A stretch of 36,917 nucleotides of DNA. Source: an archaeon (GTDB taxonomy: Archaea; Thermoplasmatota; E2; UBA202; JdFR-43). A program made the translations under genes and the position numbers. The DNA lies in assembly GCA_024275755.1 (NCBI GenBank), contig JAJRYN010000097.1, forward strand, positions 1-36,917, read 5' to 3'. Of this stretch, positions 35,925-36,917 are shown piece by piece; positions within the stretch are counted from its first letter, which is position 1, and every line of letters starts with the position of its first letter. Under the pieces are notes generated by a model. The model had not been told where the DNA came from. It was given only the letters and a program-made list of their open reading frames with translations, and ran no database searches.

Positions 35925-36002
35925 ATAAGCAGGATGGCTGGAGCAGAAGCCAAAGGATGTGGAAACTTAATGCGCGAACTAATGGTTGAGGGAATGAGGT
36001 GA
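35925..36002 (+). other. In-frame 25-codon continuation after the TAA, encoding the LuxE-type KGC tail
   Basis: ISRMAGAEAKGCGNLMRELMVEGMR then TGA, in the same frame as the upstream CDS. It parallels the LuxE C-terminus ...RRVNTRTQKGCALSL. Confidence 0.6.
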
Positions 36003-36006
36003 TGAG

Positions 36007-36917
36007 ATGGGATGGCTGAAAGAGAGAGTGGATTTGGGAGATATTCCTCCGATGCCTCTTATGAAGAACTTTCTAAAAACGCTGGGTCCTCTTTCATATG
36101 TTGTAGCCAGAAACCCAAAGGCTGTAGCAAGGAACCTAAATGCATGGAAAAAAAGGCTAAGCCTTTCAAAACCTCCATGGGCACATATTGAAGATGAGAG
36201 TAAATATGACAGCACAAAAATGCTGAGTAAAGAGGATTTCAAGGATTTGCCACCAATCAGCAATGAAAAATATCTTCGCCCAACCCGTCTCTGCCCCTGT
36301 GACTCGCCAGAAATAAGGGCGATGGCAAAAAAACTCGGCGCTTATGAAAAAGAGCCAATTGAATACGCCAAATCCATATTTTATTTTGTTAAGAATCAAA
36401 AATATCTGGTGTTCAAGCCAATGGTTGGTGCAGTGGGAGTGCTCAAAAGTAAAGGAGGTGTCTGCCTGGATCAGATGTCTCTTCTAATTGCTCTGGCAAG
36501 AGCCGGAGGTATAAAAGCAAGGTATAGGCTTTATGCTTTTGTTCCAACACGTGAAATGGCTGATGTCATGCTTAATGAAGACCCCATATTAAGAGAGACA
36601 TATGAACTGCTCGGATTCCTTGATTCCCTGCACGGATGCGCAGAATTATATGTGGATGGGGAATGGATTCAGCTTGATCCGACTTTTTCAGATGAGTTGG
36701 AAGCAGGGATGGGTCTGCCAGTAGCTGAGTTTGGGGAGGAGCCGACATGGAGAGTTAGACTACCGGAAAGAGACATAGTGTTCGAGGGATTTCCCGTATT
36801 TTTCAGGAATCTGCTCACAGGAATGGCGTTTATGCTGAGAAATACTGTGGATAGTGTAAATGCAAAACTTGATGAGGTCAGAGAGAAAGGAAGACAAATA
36901 TTGAAGGAAATAGGAAA
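36007..36917 (+). CDS. Transglutaminase-like cysteine protease-fold protein (3' end outside the window)
   Basis: ATG 36007 is preceded by AGGTGA and the frame stays open to the window end. Cys motif KGGVCLDQMSLLIALARAGGIKARY; His/Asp motif HGCAELYVDGEWIQLDPT. Not in the ORF track because no stop is reached. Confidence 0.8.
   Translation, partial: MGWLKERVDLGDIPPMPLMKNFLKTLGPLSYVVARNPKAVARNLNAWKKRLSLSKPPWAHIEDESKYDSTKMLSKEDFKDLPPISNEKYLRPTRLCPCDSPEIRAMAKKLGAYEKEPIEYAKSIFYFVKNQKYLVFKPMVGAVGVLKSKGGVCLDQMSLLIALARAGGIKARYRLYAFVPTREMADVMLNEDPILRETYELLGFLDSLHGCAELYVDGEWIQLDPTFSDELEAGMGLPVAEFGEEPTWRVRLPERDIVFEGFPVFFRNLLTGMAFMLRNTVDSVNAKLDEVREKGRQILKEIG

Noticed and set aside
35998-36019. C-box-like GTGATGA and D-box-like CTGA, hinting at a C/D box sRNA.
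   Set aside because: The boxes are only ~12 nt apart, with no C'/D' pair or guide-length spacers. The sequence is explained by the RBS and start of the transglutaminase-like gene.
35979-36399. Minus-strand ORFs 35979-36263 and 36166-36399.
   Set aside because: They overlap the plus-strand transglutaminase-like CDS, which has an RBS, an intact Cys/His/Asp core and stays open to the window end. The minus-strand translations have no motifs.
1-36917. Looked for rRNA/tRNA genes, CRISPR repeat-spacer periodicity, IS elements, integrases, and prophage or defence-island hallmarks.
   Set aside because: No repeated ~25-40-nt units with regular spacing were seen. No GC-rich structured islands lie outside coding regions. 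No transposase, integrase or recombinase-like ORF is present. Coding density and gene content look like core chromosome.

Overview
AT-rich, very gene-dense archaeal (euryarchaeote-like) chromosomal segment. I call about 43 protein-coding genes, many joined by 1-20 nt start/stop overlaps. First genes of operons mostly have a TATA-like box 22-29 nt upstream of the start codon, which suggests leaderless mRNAs. I recognised no rRNA, tRNA, CRISPR array, transposase, integrase or riboswitch.

Housekeeping content:
- Two ribosomal/transcription strings on the minus strand: RpoE'-Spt4-DUF359 dephospho-CoA kinase-S24e-S27ae, and L44e-S27e-aIF2alpha-Nop10-PAC2. Nop10, S27ae and Spt4 are below the ORF-track size cut-off and were found by hand.
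- DNA repair genes: RadB, an RNase H-fold DUF429-like protein, RNase HII and Endonuclease Q.
- A thiamine block (cytX-like permease, thiC, thiDN).
- myo-inositol-1-phosphate synthase, spermidine synthase, an Sm-like protein and an Obg-family NTPase.

Signalling content is high: two complete histidine kinases, a ~1130-aa REC/PAS/GAF protein, two stand-alone receivers and a PRC/PAS protein.

The most unusual locus is a five-ORF translationally coupled minus-strand operon (29606-34542). It encodes a TasA/camelysin-like secreted protein, a 27-aa TM peptide, a 455-aa secreted protein with duplicated beta-sandwich modules, a SipW/Sec11-type signal peptidase fused to a ~380-aa polytopic membrane domain, and a PRC/PAS sensor ending in a kinase-less DHp-like His module. 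I read it as a candidate archaeal extracellular-fibre/matrix system with an undescribed partner set.

Other notable points:
- A LuxE-like acyl-protein synthetase whose conserved acyl-acceptor KGC tail lies behind an in-frame TAA. It is followed by a transglutaminase-like gene.
- A HerA-like ATPase plus a small membrane protein appended to the aIF2alpha-Nop10-PAC2 string.
- A possible His-Asp-His-Asp phosphorelay built on CA-less DHp tails.

All functional calls come from motif recognition by eye; no searches were run.
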